Shown here piece by piece: positions 12,241-22,939 of a stretch of 64,000 nt of DNA. The notes below the pieces were generated by a model. It saw only the letters and a list, made by a program, of their open reading frames with translations, was not told where the DNA came from and did not search any database. The translations under genes and the position numbers were made by a program. Numbering within the stretch: the stretch's first letter is position 1; each line of letters begins with the position of its first letter. The DNA is from Mercenaria mercenaria (taxonomy: Eukaryota), in NCBI RefSeq assembly GCF_021730395.1, contig NC_069372.1:62847754-62911753 (forward strand), in the 5' to 3' direction.

Positions 12241-13854
12241 GTATCAAAAGCCAACGTATCATGACAGTCCTCTGAAAATGTAGCATACAACCTCGCCGAA
12301 TGGGCGTTTACATCAAACGCAGGTAGTAAATGACGTAACTGTCACTCTAGTTACCGGTGAGAGGGTAATTTGATCACGCTTGTAGTTTGCTCCGCCCAAA
12401 AGTATACTTCTATCGATCGCAATGGTTTAAAGTTACAGAAAAGAAGCGAGAAAGAGTTGGTTACAAAAGTAAAATATTACGGGAGTTTATTTCAAGATAA
12501 TCCTGCATAATACATTCATACATGTGCATGTACACATACGCAGCATATACACTTAAACCTATTTTCATTATAGATTTGAACTGTATTGATGTGTATAATT
12601 TGTATTTATAGCAACACTCGACGAAATACAACACAACTGCTAACACAAATTGTGTCTGTTACTGTTCAAAGGTTTCATGTATTTATTTTAAATTGATGTA
12701 TCCAGTCTTCGTAAAATATCCACGGATTTCGGTCATGGAAATTTTTTCAAACGCGGAAAATATCGCATACTCGATGTTGTCTTTACACATTGAACTATAA
12801 GGTTCGTTTTTCAATTTTGCTTTCAATTATGAGAATACAAACTTAGCAATATTTATTTATTTATTTATTTCCTGTCGCCACTCGACGGTTTACATGCAGT
12901 CCTCCTGTCCTGTCATGTTGATTGCTATTTTTGCGCGCAAATTATGACCAATATCACTCAACTGAACATGCTTTCAGGTCACTGTTATATTATAGCACTA
13001 AGTCTTGTTTAGTACGTCATTTCTTTTACACATGTGTATCGGACAGTTCTGTAAAGAGCGCAACGCACGCTGAGAGCGACCGAGTAAATCGCGTACAGTC
13101 TTGGCACTTTTTTGTTTTTCATTTTTGCTTAAAACATTTCTAAATGGTGCAGATAAACAGCAGCCAAGTTTCTTTAAACTAATACGAATTTCCTTTCATA
13201 TAGGCTATTAAGCTAAGTATGATGATATGTAATCCGATTGTCGGTAAAAAATACAAAGTGATGCGGTCATTATAATTATAAGTCCATCTGAGTCTGATTA
13301 CTACACCCAGTCTTCCAGGTTTCAAGTGGGTTAATATAGGTTGTCCAAGATGCTGTGTATTTCGATTTTTCCAAGTTCGACGCCGAGAATTGTCGAAGTT
13401 GGACAAGCTTTTGATAGGAAAACTATAGTTATGATTTTAAACGTGATTCTGATTAAATGCATATTATAGTCAAATGGTACGATCGTTAAATACTAGTATT
13501 TGTGACAAATCTAACGGTGAATAAAGTATAAGCAAGATCGCCTTCTACAAACTCTGTGAACGTAGAGGTTCAGTCTTAACTATCACAGTAAATAAAATAC
13601 TTTTACCGATATTTTCTCTCAAACTGTAAAATACCAAACCAAAGGGTCGACGTCGATTAGAATTTCATTGGAAAAGTTTCCTATATGAAAAATCATAAAT
13701 TATTTATAGAAATAGGTCAAATTATTACTGCATACAGAAGACATGTGGTATGCGATGTCATGAATACTTTAGTCAAACGTAAAACAGTAGAGATAAAAAT
13801 AAGCTGTTAGTCGAACACGACGCCCTAAATCAACTTGGGAGTTCTATGCCGACT

Positions 13855-14456
13855 AGTAGTATAAGCGTCGGTTTGGGGGCAAACAAACGGGCGCCATCTT
13901 GGATGACCTAGTTACTATAAAAAGTAACTCATTTGCATATAAGAAATGAATTCATTGCGCATGTGCGGCGGCCATTTTGAATTCTAAGTTTAAAATGACG
14001 TATTTATGAAAATGTTTAGGAATGACTTGTATACCTATCTAGGGCGTGTTCGCGCACATTGAGGGTCAGCCTTACACGGGGAGATAACACGAAAACAAAA
14101 GCTATACGCATGCGTAAAAAAGAACCTCTCGTATAAAAACAATTCGAGAGAAAATGTATAATATAATTACGTACTGTCTACGACTTGACCAATCATTAAA
14201 ATAAAAACTGTACGAGAATAACTATTTATAAAATGAAATTATAAGACAAAATAATACCTACTCAACAGATGTAAACCCGGCGATATCCCGCGCTAAAATG
14301 AACCAACACTTGTACGCCACTCTTTATCCATTTAGAATACCGTCGTTTCTAAACATAAAATAGCCAATCAGAAGGCAGGAAAACGAACCAATGAAACATC
14401 TCCAATAGAGTCGTTTTGACCAATGAAAACGTCGAAATTTTAACCAATCAACGCCC
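13855..14456 (+). repeat. Left terminal inverted repeat of Polinton-like element
   Basis: Reverse-complement of 20714..21597 after removing the nested SINE. Near-identity is seen at both the outer (13861..13950 vs 21509..21597) and inner (14440..14456 vs 20714..20730) parts. Confidence 0.8.
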
Positions 14457-14500
14457 CTCTTCCTTCTCCTCTGCCCGCATTCTGATTGGTCACTCAGGGA
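14340..14500 (+). promoter_or_regulatory. Cluster of ~7 CCAAT/ATTGG boxes at inner edge of left TIR (mirrored in right TIR at 20714..20830). TATA-like CATATAAG at ~14505 and TATATAA at ~15118 lie upstream of the ATPase ORF
   Basis: Repeated CCAATCA/CCAATGA motifs are read directly. Promoter function is inferred only. Confidence 0.3.
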
Positions 14501-14559
14501 TCACACGCATATAAGTCAAAAGTAAATTTAACCATGACTGAAGGTGTTACGAGTTACTT

Positions 14560-15050
14560 TATATACCGACACCACCTCCTCTCCCTCCTCCTCCTCCTCC
14601 TCCACTCCTCCTCCTCCTCTCCTCCTCTTCCTCCACTCCTCCTCCTCCTCCCCCTCCACTCCTCCTCCTCCTCCCCCTCCTCTCCTCCTCCTCCACCACT
14701 CCTCCTCCTCCCTCCTCCTCCACTCCTCCTCCTCCTCTCCTCCTCCTCCTCCCTCCCCCTCCTCCTCCTCTCCACTCCTCCTCCTCCTCTCCTCCCCCTC
14801 CTCCACTCCTCCTTCTCCTCCTCCTCCACTCTTCCTCCTCCTCTTCCTCCACACCTCCTCCTCCTCCACTCCTCCTCCTCTTCCTCCACTCCTCCTCCTC
14901 CTCCTCCTCCACTCCTCCTCCTCCTCCTCCTCCTCCTCCACTCCTCCACTCCTCCTCCTTCACTCCTCCTCCACTCCTCCTCCTCCTCCACTCCTCCTCC
15001 TCCTCCACTCCTCCTCCTCCACTCCTCCACCTCCTCATCCTCTTCCTTCT
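14560..15050. repeat. (CCT/CTCCT)n polypyrimidine microsatellite
   Basis: ~490 bp of CCTCCTCCT/CCACTCCTCC. It is flanked by the direct repeat TCCTTCTCCTCTGCCC (14461.. and 15041..). Confidence 0.9.
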
Positions 15051-15142
15051 CCTCTGCCCAAGAAAGCGTAAGAATGGCTAATAGAACAGAATAAAGCAGT
15101 GTTGTTTTGATAAAAAATATATAACTTACATCGGTTTCACAA

Positions 15143-16552
15143 ATGCATCAGTGTCCTGTTTGCCATCAGTCTTTCTCTAGGATCGACAACATGCGGAGAC
15201 ATCAACGTTATGTCCACGGAAATGACGAAGCCACTGACAGTTTTTCACCGCCATTACAAACATGGGACATCTCAAGAGAGACGACGTTTCAACATCCATT
15301 TTCTATGGTCGTTTCAGGACCAAGTGGTAGTGGAAAAACTGAATGGACAAGAAAACTGTTATCATCAAATCTTGTAAGACCTCAGCCTCAGCGTATCATA
15401 TGGTGTTTTGGACAATGGCAACCATTGTATGATGAACTACGGCGTGAAATCCCCGGGGTCGAATTTGTACACGGTATTCCAGACTACTTGAATGATTCCC
15501 AATATATAAATGTTAATCAAAGGAACCTGCTGGTCTTTGACGACTTGATGACTGAAGCTAAATGCTATCAAAGAATTGCTGATCTCTTTACCAAGGGCAG
15601 TTACCACAGGAACATATCTGTCGTATATCTCACCCAAAATTTGTTCCCTCAAGGTAAAGCTTGTAGGGATATCGCTTTGAATACGCAGTATCTGGTGCTA
15701 TTTAATAATCCTATTGACAGACAACAAGTAGCTACATTGGCGAGAAGAATTTACCCTTCGTCTAGTAACATCTTTATGAAACGGTTTGAACGAGCGACAT
15801 CAAGACCGCACGGTTATTTGGTAATAGACTTAAAATCGAGCACCCCAGAACAACACCGTTTACGCGATAACATTTTCGAGGCGAACAATCCAGAAAAGAG
15901 AAAACGAACAGATGATGAATATAAACCAGAAGACTATTTCAATGGAGAAGGATACTTATCGGACAAAAATGATGACAAGGATGAAGATGAGGAGGAGGAC
16001 TATGATGACCATGATGATGATAGTGGTGATGAAACAGAAAATAGAAATAATGACACAAGCTTTGTAAAGAAACGATCTTTGATCAAGGGACCTCCCGGTA
16101 AACGTAGAAAAGTTGAGATTATAGAAGAGCGATCACGCCGTGAGATATGGGATAAGCGTTTTCAGGATCCTCTCAGACAATCTATTAAAGAACAATTCAG
16201 AGCTAAAGTTAACAACTATACGGAACAAGGGCTCTCTTTTGAAGAAGCTTACCGTCGCACCGCTAATGACAAATTGCCTCAACTAAGAAAGAGACTGAGA
16301 CAAAATTATGCCCGATTTCTAATTGACTTTTATGAGCTACAAAACGATCCTACTCAGCAGCAGATTCTACAGTCGGCTAAGAAGCTAAGAAGTCAGCACG
16401 ACATGACTGTCAAAGAATCTATTCGACAAGCCATTGCGCTTAGAAAAGACCTATTTGATGAGTTGTGGCCCGATCATGAAAGCAAAGAAGAATATTCAAT
16501 GGATGATAATAAAGAAGCTGATGACGATCAAGAATCTGATGATGGAGAATGA
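15143..16552 (+). CDS. Polinton-type DNA-packaging ATPase (A32/FtsK-HerA-like P-loop NTPase) with N-terminal C2H2 zinc finger and acidic/basic low-complexity C-terminal half
   Basis: 469-aa intact ORF. It has CPVCHQSFSRIDNMRRHQRYVHG (C-x2-C-x12-H-x4-H), Walker A VVSGPSGSGKTEW, Walker B LLVFDDL and YLTQN. The C-terminus has D/E-rich and KRRK-containing segments. Confidence 0.75.
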   Translation: MHQCPVCHQSFSRIDNMRRHQRYVHGNDEATDSFSPPLQTWDISRETTFQHPFSMVVSGPSGSGKTEWTRKLLSSNLVRPQPQRIIWCFGQWQPLYDELRREIPGVEFVHGIPDYLNDSQYINVNQRNLLVFDDLMTEAKCYQRIADLFTKGSYHRNISVVYLTQNLFPQGKACRDIALNTQYLVLFNNPIDRQQVATLARRIYPSSSNIFMKRFERATSRPHGYLVIDLKSSTPEQHRLRDNIFEANNPEKRKRTDDEYKPEDYFNGEGYLSDKNDDKDEDEEEDYDDHDDDSGDETENRNNDTSFVKKRSLIKGPPGKRRKVEIIEERSRREIWDKRFQDPLRQSIKEQFRAKVNNYTEQGLSFEEAYRRTANDKLPQLRKRLRQNYARFLIDFYELQNDPTQQQILQSAKKLRSQHDMTVKESIRQAIALRKDLFDELWPDHESKEEYSMDDNKEADDDQESDDGE

Positions 16553-16597
16553 ACGTTGTAAGAAGGATTGGCGTGATTTAACTTTCACCATGCCAAA

Positions 16598-16885
16598 ATG
16601 GGCTCCATAGAAGTGTACGATTATAAACAAGAAAAATGGGTACCGGATAAACCGGACCCGGAAAAATGGATACAACATTTCAAAGACCTGAGGGACGGAT
16701 ACGTACGGCCTGATCATATGGGCCGTTACTTTGTAGGGAGCGGTGCATATCGAAGAAAAATGGCCGAATTAAAAGAGGAACAAGAAAGGGAAGCAATGAA
16801 ACCAGAACAAAAAGGGGAAGATCTCCCCGTAGTAAAACTTGTGACACCCATAGCCCAGCGGTTGATATTGCTAGGTCGGAAATAA
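16598..16885 (+). CDS. Hypothetical ORF between ATPase and protease (possible remnant of a Polinton structural gene)
   Basis: 95-aa ORF. No recognisable motif, only its position. Confidence 0.25.
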   Translation: MGSIEVYDYKQEKWVPDKPDPEKWIQHFKDLRDGYVRPDHMGRYFVGSGAYRRKMAELKEEQEREAMKPEQKGEDLPVVKLVTPIAQRLILLGRK

Positions 16886-17032
16886 GACGGTCACGAAAGC
16901 AAAGTGATCTGAAGCGACATAACGATAAAATGGACACACCATTGAGTCGTGATTTAGACAGCCCACGACGTAAGAAATATCGCGAAAGCATGACCCAAGG
17001 TACTATGGATTGGAACACCTATACATTTTAAA

Positions 17033-17448
17033 ATGAATAACTACGAACTCGAGGAAATGTTAAAAGAGTACCCTGTGACAATATGCGCTGCGGACCAACT
17101 TCAAATACGTAGAGGACAATACGTCATTTCAAATACAGACACGAGCCAGGGATCAGGAAAACATTGGGTGGTCTTTTATTTTCCAAAAAGGGACCCGTCG
17201 AATTTTTCGATTCACTAGGTAATACACCAGAGCACTACAAAGTTCATTTTGAGCAAGCGTTAAAGAAGCGTTATTGGATGAACTTCAGTCAAATACAGGA
17301 TACGGATTCAAACATATGCGGGCTATATTGCGTATATTACATTATGAACCGATGTTCCGGACAAAAAATGAAGGACATTTTAAAACCGTTTGATGTGTAT
17401 CATCGCAAGAAGTTTAATGATGACTTTATTTTGTCTTATTTTAGTTGA
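17033..17448 (+). pseudogene. Adenovirus-type cysteine protease (adenain/C5 peptidase, Polinton PRO), split by a +/-1 frameshift in a homopolymer near 17180..17195
   Basis: Frame 1 reads …GSGKHWVVFYF (His of triad in 'HW'). Frame 2 reads …FFDSLG… (Asp) and …QIQDTDSNICGLYCVYY (Gln and the Cys nucleophile in CGLYC). The frame break lies in ttttccaaaaaggg. Confidence 0.7.
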
Positions 17449-18439
17449 TACATGTAGTCTGTTTTAGTGATACAAGCTTTGGCAATAAAAGATTGAAAGA
17501 ACAATATGTCTTTGTTATTTATAACCTATACGTTCGAATTTGATTTGAAAGAAAAGATGAAGAGTTTGTAGGTGTGGTGGTGTATACAAATAAAACAACA
17601 TATTCGTTTACTGCATTTTATTTATTCAATATCGTTTTCACAAATTGATATCATGCTTCGCAATAAGAGTCTCTAGCAGTTCTAAATGAAGTATTGCATC
17701 AGTAATATCTACAGATTTCGTAAGTAAAATAACATTCCAGTTTGGAACAGCTTTGAACCAAACTATCGCAAAAATGACAAGTTTTAACATGTAAGCTAGC
17801 CTTTCTTTGAGACTTTTGAACCAGTCAGAATGCGTCGTATCACTAGTCAATCAGAGCATTGCTAAGCCAAAACGTTGCTTTGGCTCTGTTTATTATACTT
17901 CGCCCTGTAAATTCATTCACTGCCATTTTGGATATCAAAGTGTAATGATTACTTTGGCGTATTTCTCGCATGAGTGATTTGACTTCCGTTTTAAGTTTAT
18001 TGCCTTATAGTACTTATCGAGACATTCGGTTAGATACCAAACATGTCTAGGTTATCAGAGGAGGAGAGGTGTTGTCGGTATATACAGTAACGCCTTCTTC
18101 CATAACGCCTACAATTTTACGCAGGAGTGACCACGCATTCAAATTCTGTATACAACGCAATAGTCCTCGTTACCTTTCATTTGATACCAAACACTGCTAA
18201 AGTCGTTCCAAGCATAATAGAGAAATGTTGTACTTTACGTTTTTCTAACAGATAGGTAAGGTAAGACAACCATCGTGCTTAATTGACTGCCGTGTCAATA
18301 GTTATTCATCTATGATTTAAAGAAAAGTAAACATTCCTTTCTATTATTACATTAAAAAATATTGTAAACCGTTAGAGGAAATAAATAAACTCAGTAACCA
18401 AGCTTTTAAATTCCGTTAGTATTTATAAAGCTATACACT

Positions 18440-19100
18440 GAAGTTATAAAACACGCTCAATAATGCTGAAAAATGTTAAACTACGTGCTATCGCTTGTCA
18501 AAATTCTGCTTCCTGATTGGCTGTAGGTAGCGAAGTGTTATTTACTATACCAGAGTTCTACAGGTAAATATCATTCGGTTAAAGGATCTGGTAGAGCGCA
18601 CATCACGGTTTATGCTGTATGAACGATTATATTAGGTATTTCTGTTTCATTTTCGTTCAGGTAAATTAATGACATTTTGCTATAATCATTTCTATACTTA
18701 TGCATAAAGCGTTAACGGCGCTCTTTAAAATCAATATATATGTAGCACGGAGTAAAGCGATACGGGTCTTAACCTGTCAGGTGTATTGGAAAAGTGTTAC
18801 CGCTTGTCAAAATTCTGCATTCTGATTGGCTGTTGGTAGTGATAGGATATTTCTATTCAACCATCTAAAGATTTGATTCATTAGGCGAATTTATCCGGAC
18901 TGGTAAGTTGTATGAATAATTTAGTTAATTATTTCTATTTTATTTCGTATCGGGTTTATCAAAGAAATTGTAATCATTATATTAATGCTCCCATAAATCG
19001 AATCCTGCGCTAAAATCATCGTATTTGTACGCTATAGTACGGGTTTAAGCCTGTCAAAAATATTTTATTCTCTGATCAGTCTTCAGACTTACCGTTGCCA
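18440..19100. repeat. Internal dispersed ~330-bp-spaced repeats containing GCTTGTCAAAATTCTGC.TYCTGATTGGCTGT.GGTAG (CCAAT-box core)
   Basis: Three related copies at ~18480, ~18800 and ~19060 (partial). The region 17450..20700 lacks ORFs. Confidence 0.4.
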
Positions 19101-20713
19101 TTTGACGGTATGATGCAGAAGAGAACGCGTGGCATTTGACTGAAATCCTGTATCCCCGCAAAATTCGTCTGCGCCGGTGAAAGTGTTAACGATAAAGTCA
19201 AAGTTTTCCATGTCACCGGTATGAATTCTAAAGTAGAGATGGTACCTACCCAAATAAATCAAAGGGGGACAACTCTGAATTGATCAATAAACTGAAGCCA
19301 ATATTAAACATTGATCAAAAGTGAAAGAAAGATCAGATAGGTCCTTTTATCAGGCAGACAAAATATGACCTATATTTGTTTAAATCCCTTTGTATTCAAT
19401 ATACAATATGCACGCTTTTCTCATGACTTACACTGACAGTTATTTTGTAAGCTGTAGTGAGGCCCTGATAGAAAGTTTATTAATGCATGAAGATTATATA
19501 GAATAATGCATACATTCCTTTGAAGAAAATTAACGACATTAAGAAACATTATTAAGTTTTGATCTTTTAGCCAAAGTTGTTTATTTATTGTTCTCAATGG
19601 TGATACATTGGTTTACACAGCATTTATATATCAAAATGTAAAATGTATATATCCAACAATGAGAAATAACAAAAAAAAGTTAAATTGGTAATACAAAAAT
19701 TCACTGTCGTCAAATATAATTACAATGTTTTAAGGTAGTGGTTGTAATTACTACATGTTAAGGTAGCTGACAGCTGACTCTATGTAATGTATTTTAAGCA
19801 ATTCTCAATTTAAACATTCTCTGGAGGGAACTAGCACGATCATTTGCTTTCCTTGAAAAACGAATAAATGCTGAAAAAGCATATGGAGATTACTCTATTT
19901 GATGATTTTCGTTACAGGTCAACTACCCTAAACAAACTAAAAGGTGTTTTATTTATTGTTGAAAACAAAGTAATCGGATAATTTCAGATATCAACATCAA
20001 TTTAAAACTTATACTGTTTACACAACTTCAAAAATGTTTTTGTTGGGGCCTCTCATTTACAAATATATCAACAATTATCACCTGAATCGAGTGCATTCAT
20101 GAGTGAAAAATATTGATGGTAAAATGGCGTAGGGGTTTGTTTACAATATAAAATCTTTAATAACTTCTTTAAGGTACATTTTTGGGATGGTTTTGGTAAG
20201 CTTATAATAAAGAGCATGTCATTCTCTTTCACTCAGAATTTTTTCAAGCGTTTTAGACTATTGGCTAGTCTTGGAATTTGACTTTATTAAAAGACAAAAG
20301 GAAGTTCAGTATAGGCTCTTTCAAAATGTTGAAAGTAGAGTAAACTTACCTTATACTCTATTGAATTTATTTAGCTGTGGGAGCTTTTGATATAGACTAT
20401 AATTGGGGAAGTCCTAAAATCTTTGAAAAACGGTCAATACAAGAGTTGTCCATTTTGCTTCAGATATTTTGAGAAAGTCATTTTTTAGATATCAAATATT
20501 TCTATTTTTGACATGGAGAAGAGGAAAACCATAAATATATTTAGAAAATTGGTGCACTTAGCTATCACTTCACTCTGAAAAAAAAACCTATAAAGATGAA
20601 TTTGAATTTTTTAGGTACCATCTCTATCTAAAGGATGACGATTAACGGCTGCGCACTCTCTTATATACAATTCGCGTTCTGAATTCGCGATGTCATTCGT
20701 CAATAATATTGAG

Positions 20714-21597
20714 CGTTGATTGGTTAAAATTTCGACGTTTTCATTGGTCAAAACGACTTTATTGGAGATGTTTCATTGGTTCGTCTTCCTACCTTCTGAT
20801 TGGCTATTTTATGTTTAGAAACGACGGTATTCTAAATGGACAAGGAGTGGCGTACAAGTGTTGGTTCATTTTAGCGCGGGATATCGACGGGTTTACATCT
20901 GTTGAGTGAGTAATATTTTGTCTTATAATTTCATTTTATAAATAGTTATTCTCATATAGTTTTTATTTTAATGATTGGTCAAGTCGTAGACTGTACGTAA
21001 TTATATTATACATTTTCTTTCGAATGGTTTTTATACGAGAGGTTCTTTTTTACGCATGCGTATAGCTTTTGTTTTCGTGTTATCTCCCCGTGTAGGGCTG
21101 ACCCTCAATGTGCGCGAACACGCCCAAGATAGGTATACAAGTCATTCCTAAACATTTTCATAAATACGTCATTTTAAACTTAGAATTCAAAATGGCCGCC
21201 GCACATGCGCAGTGAATTCATTTCTTATATGCATTTTTTTTTTGTTGGGTTTAACGTCGCACCGACACAATTTTAGGTCATATGGCGACTTTCCAGCTTT
21301 AATGGTGGAGGAAGACCCCAGGTGCCCCTCCGTGCACTATTTCATCACGAGCGGGCACCTGGGTAGAACCACCGACCTTCCGTAAGCCAGCTGGATGGCT
21401 TCCTCACGTGAAGAATTCTACGCCCCAAATGAGGTTTCAAACCCACGTCGATGAGGGGCAAATGGTTTGAAGTCAACGACTCTAACCACTCGGCCACGGA
21501 GGCCCCTTCTTATATGCAAATGAGTTACTTTTTATAGTAACTAGGTCATCCAAGATGGCGCCCGTTTGTTTGCCGCCAAACCGACGCTTATACTACT
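20714..21597 (-). repeat. Right terminal inverted repeat of Polinton-like element (interrupted by a SINE at 21234..21506)
   Basis: Reverse-complement match to 13855..14456. The segments 21165..21233 and 21507..21597 become contiguous in the left TIR (13861..14000). Confidence 0.8.
21234..21506 (-). mobile_element. tRNA-derived SINE (family B) nested in Polinton right TIR, 12-bp TSD TTCTTATATGCA
   Basis: The poly(A) tail (poly-T on +) is at 21234. The head GGGGCCTCCGTGGCCGAGTGGTTAGAGTCGTTGAC (minus strand) ends at 21506. Flanking TSDs are at 21222..21233 and 21507..21518. The insertion is absent from the left TIR. Confidence 0.7.
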
Positions 21598-21664
21598 CCG
21601 ACTTCTGCTTTATTGCAACTAAATTTTTACCTGCCCGTGTGATTTCTAGACTCCGATCCATCGT

Positions 21665-21915
21665 GTGACCGCTCCCGTAGTCGAGTGGTTAGTCGCTGAC
21701 TTTTCACTGTAACCTCTCACTGATTGTGGGCATCGGTTCGAGCCTTGCAACCGACCATATCTCTTTATGTGAGAGAGTTGGCAGTTTCTTACGGAGGACG
21801 TGAGTCTAGTACTGGTTCTTCCCAGGAGCGACGGTTAGGTAAACTGCCCACCCAACATAAAGGAAGAACTGTTGAAAACGGGCGTTAAACCCAAGAAATA
21901 AATAAATGAATTTCC
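21665..21915 (+). mobile_element. tRNA-derived SINE (family A), (AAAT)n tail
   Basis: Head has A-box TAGTCGAGTGGTTAG and B-box GGTTCGAGCC. The body and tail match the minus-strand copy at 6835..7112. Confidence 0.6.
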
Positions 21916-22939
21916 GTCGTGAGCAAGTTTCTTGGCAAGGAAACTTACTTAGTCACGAATCCCGAATCAAGTTTCAATTCGCTATTAAAGTGAAATGAAG
22001 GAGTCCAGCACTTAAAGGTTTTAGCTTCATATACAACGGCTACACGGCCGAAAGTTGAATTGTTGATGTACATATTCAATGTACGAAAAAAAAAGATTCC
22101 AGTTAATTCAAGCCTGTCTTCAGAATCGCATGTTTGCTAGATTCTCAAACACACAAAACTGTTTACCTTTATAACTTGAATAATGTATATAAACAGGGCA
22201 TTTATGTTTATAATAAAGTAAATATGTTATTCCACGGAGGTAATATCTCCATGCCCTGACCAAGCGAAAAATACACATGTTGTTTACATTACATAATATT
22301 ATGCTATTTTATCTTTTGATCTTTATGCACCGGCTGACTTAATTTGCATTTTGTAGTGAGACTAGAAGGGATTAATGATTTGTTTTATCAACTTGTCACA
22401 AGGAAATCGATGGACATCGGTAACAGAAAAAATACTTATATACGTGAAATAATTGAGATAATGCGACGTTAATCTACAGCTGTCGAATGGGGGAGTTTTA
22501 CATAATGACATAATGTAATTAGTCCGAGTCTGTGGTAATCGCTGGTAGATGTCTATTCTGCACGTTTTGGATAGAGATTGTAAAAAAATGTTTCATTTGA
22601 AACTGATTCTGAGATACGGCTAAAAACTGTAATATCATCAATGTTTTAAAAACAATAAAGACTTTTCAGTTTCTTCTTGTTGCTTCTTTTACGACAATGG
22701 CCTCGTTCAATTACTGATACATTTTGGCCATGCGTGGGGGGTTAAAAAGTGAAAGACTATCAGGTTTCCCAAGCTACTCAGTCCACCTAGTACTCCCTGA
22801 CAGGTAGTGATAAAAAAAGGTGCAAAAACCTAACATCTTATAGCCCTAAGTGTAAAACATGTACATACATAAGCTGTTGTGCAGGAAAAGAGAAATATTA
22901 GTAGGGTTAAAAAACAGGATAAAAGCAAGTATATATAGT

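Larger units (their letters stand above)
13855..21597 (+). mobile_element. Polinton/Maverick-like DNA transposon, internally deleted (non-autonomous) derivative
   Basis: ~600-bp terminal inverted repeats. Termini are 5'-AGTAGTATAAGCGTCGG...CCGACGCTTATACTACT-3' (AG...CT). A 6-bp direct repeat CCGACT flanks both ends (13849..13854 and 21598..21603). The interior encodes an A32/FtsK-like packaging ATPase and an adenain-like protease. No pPolB or integrase ORFs are present. Confidence 0.75.

Noticed and set aside
5463-13406. Numerous 60-95-aa ORFs in the AT-rich interval
   Set aside because: They are hydrophobic or low-complexity translations of AT-rich intergenic DNA. None has catalytic or structural motifs.
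14486-15094. Five overlapping ORFs (137-202 aa) translating to poly-Ser/Pro/Leu or poly-Glu/Arg/Gly
   Set aside because: They lie entirely inside the (CCT)n microsatellite. They are open on both strands and in several frames, which is typical of low-complexity artefacts.
16598-17030. Possible Polinton capsid gene fragment between ATPase and protease
   Set aside because: No double-jelly-roll or penton signature is recognisable by eye. It is kept only as a low-confidence hypothetical ORF.
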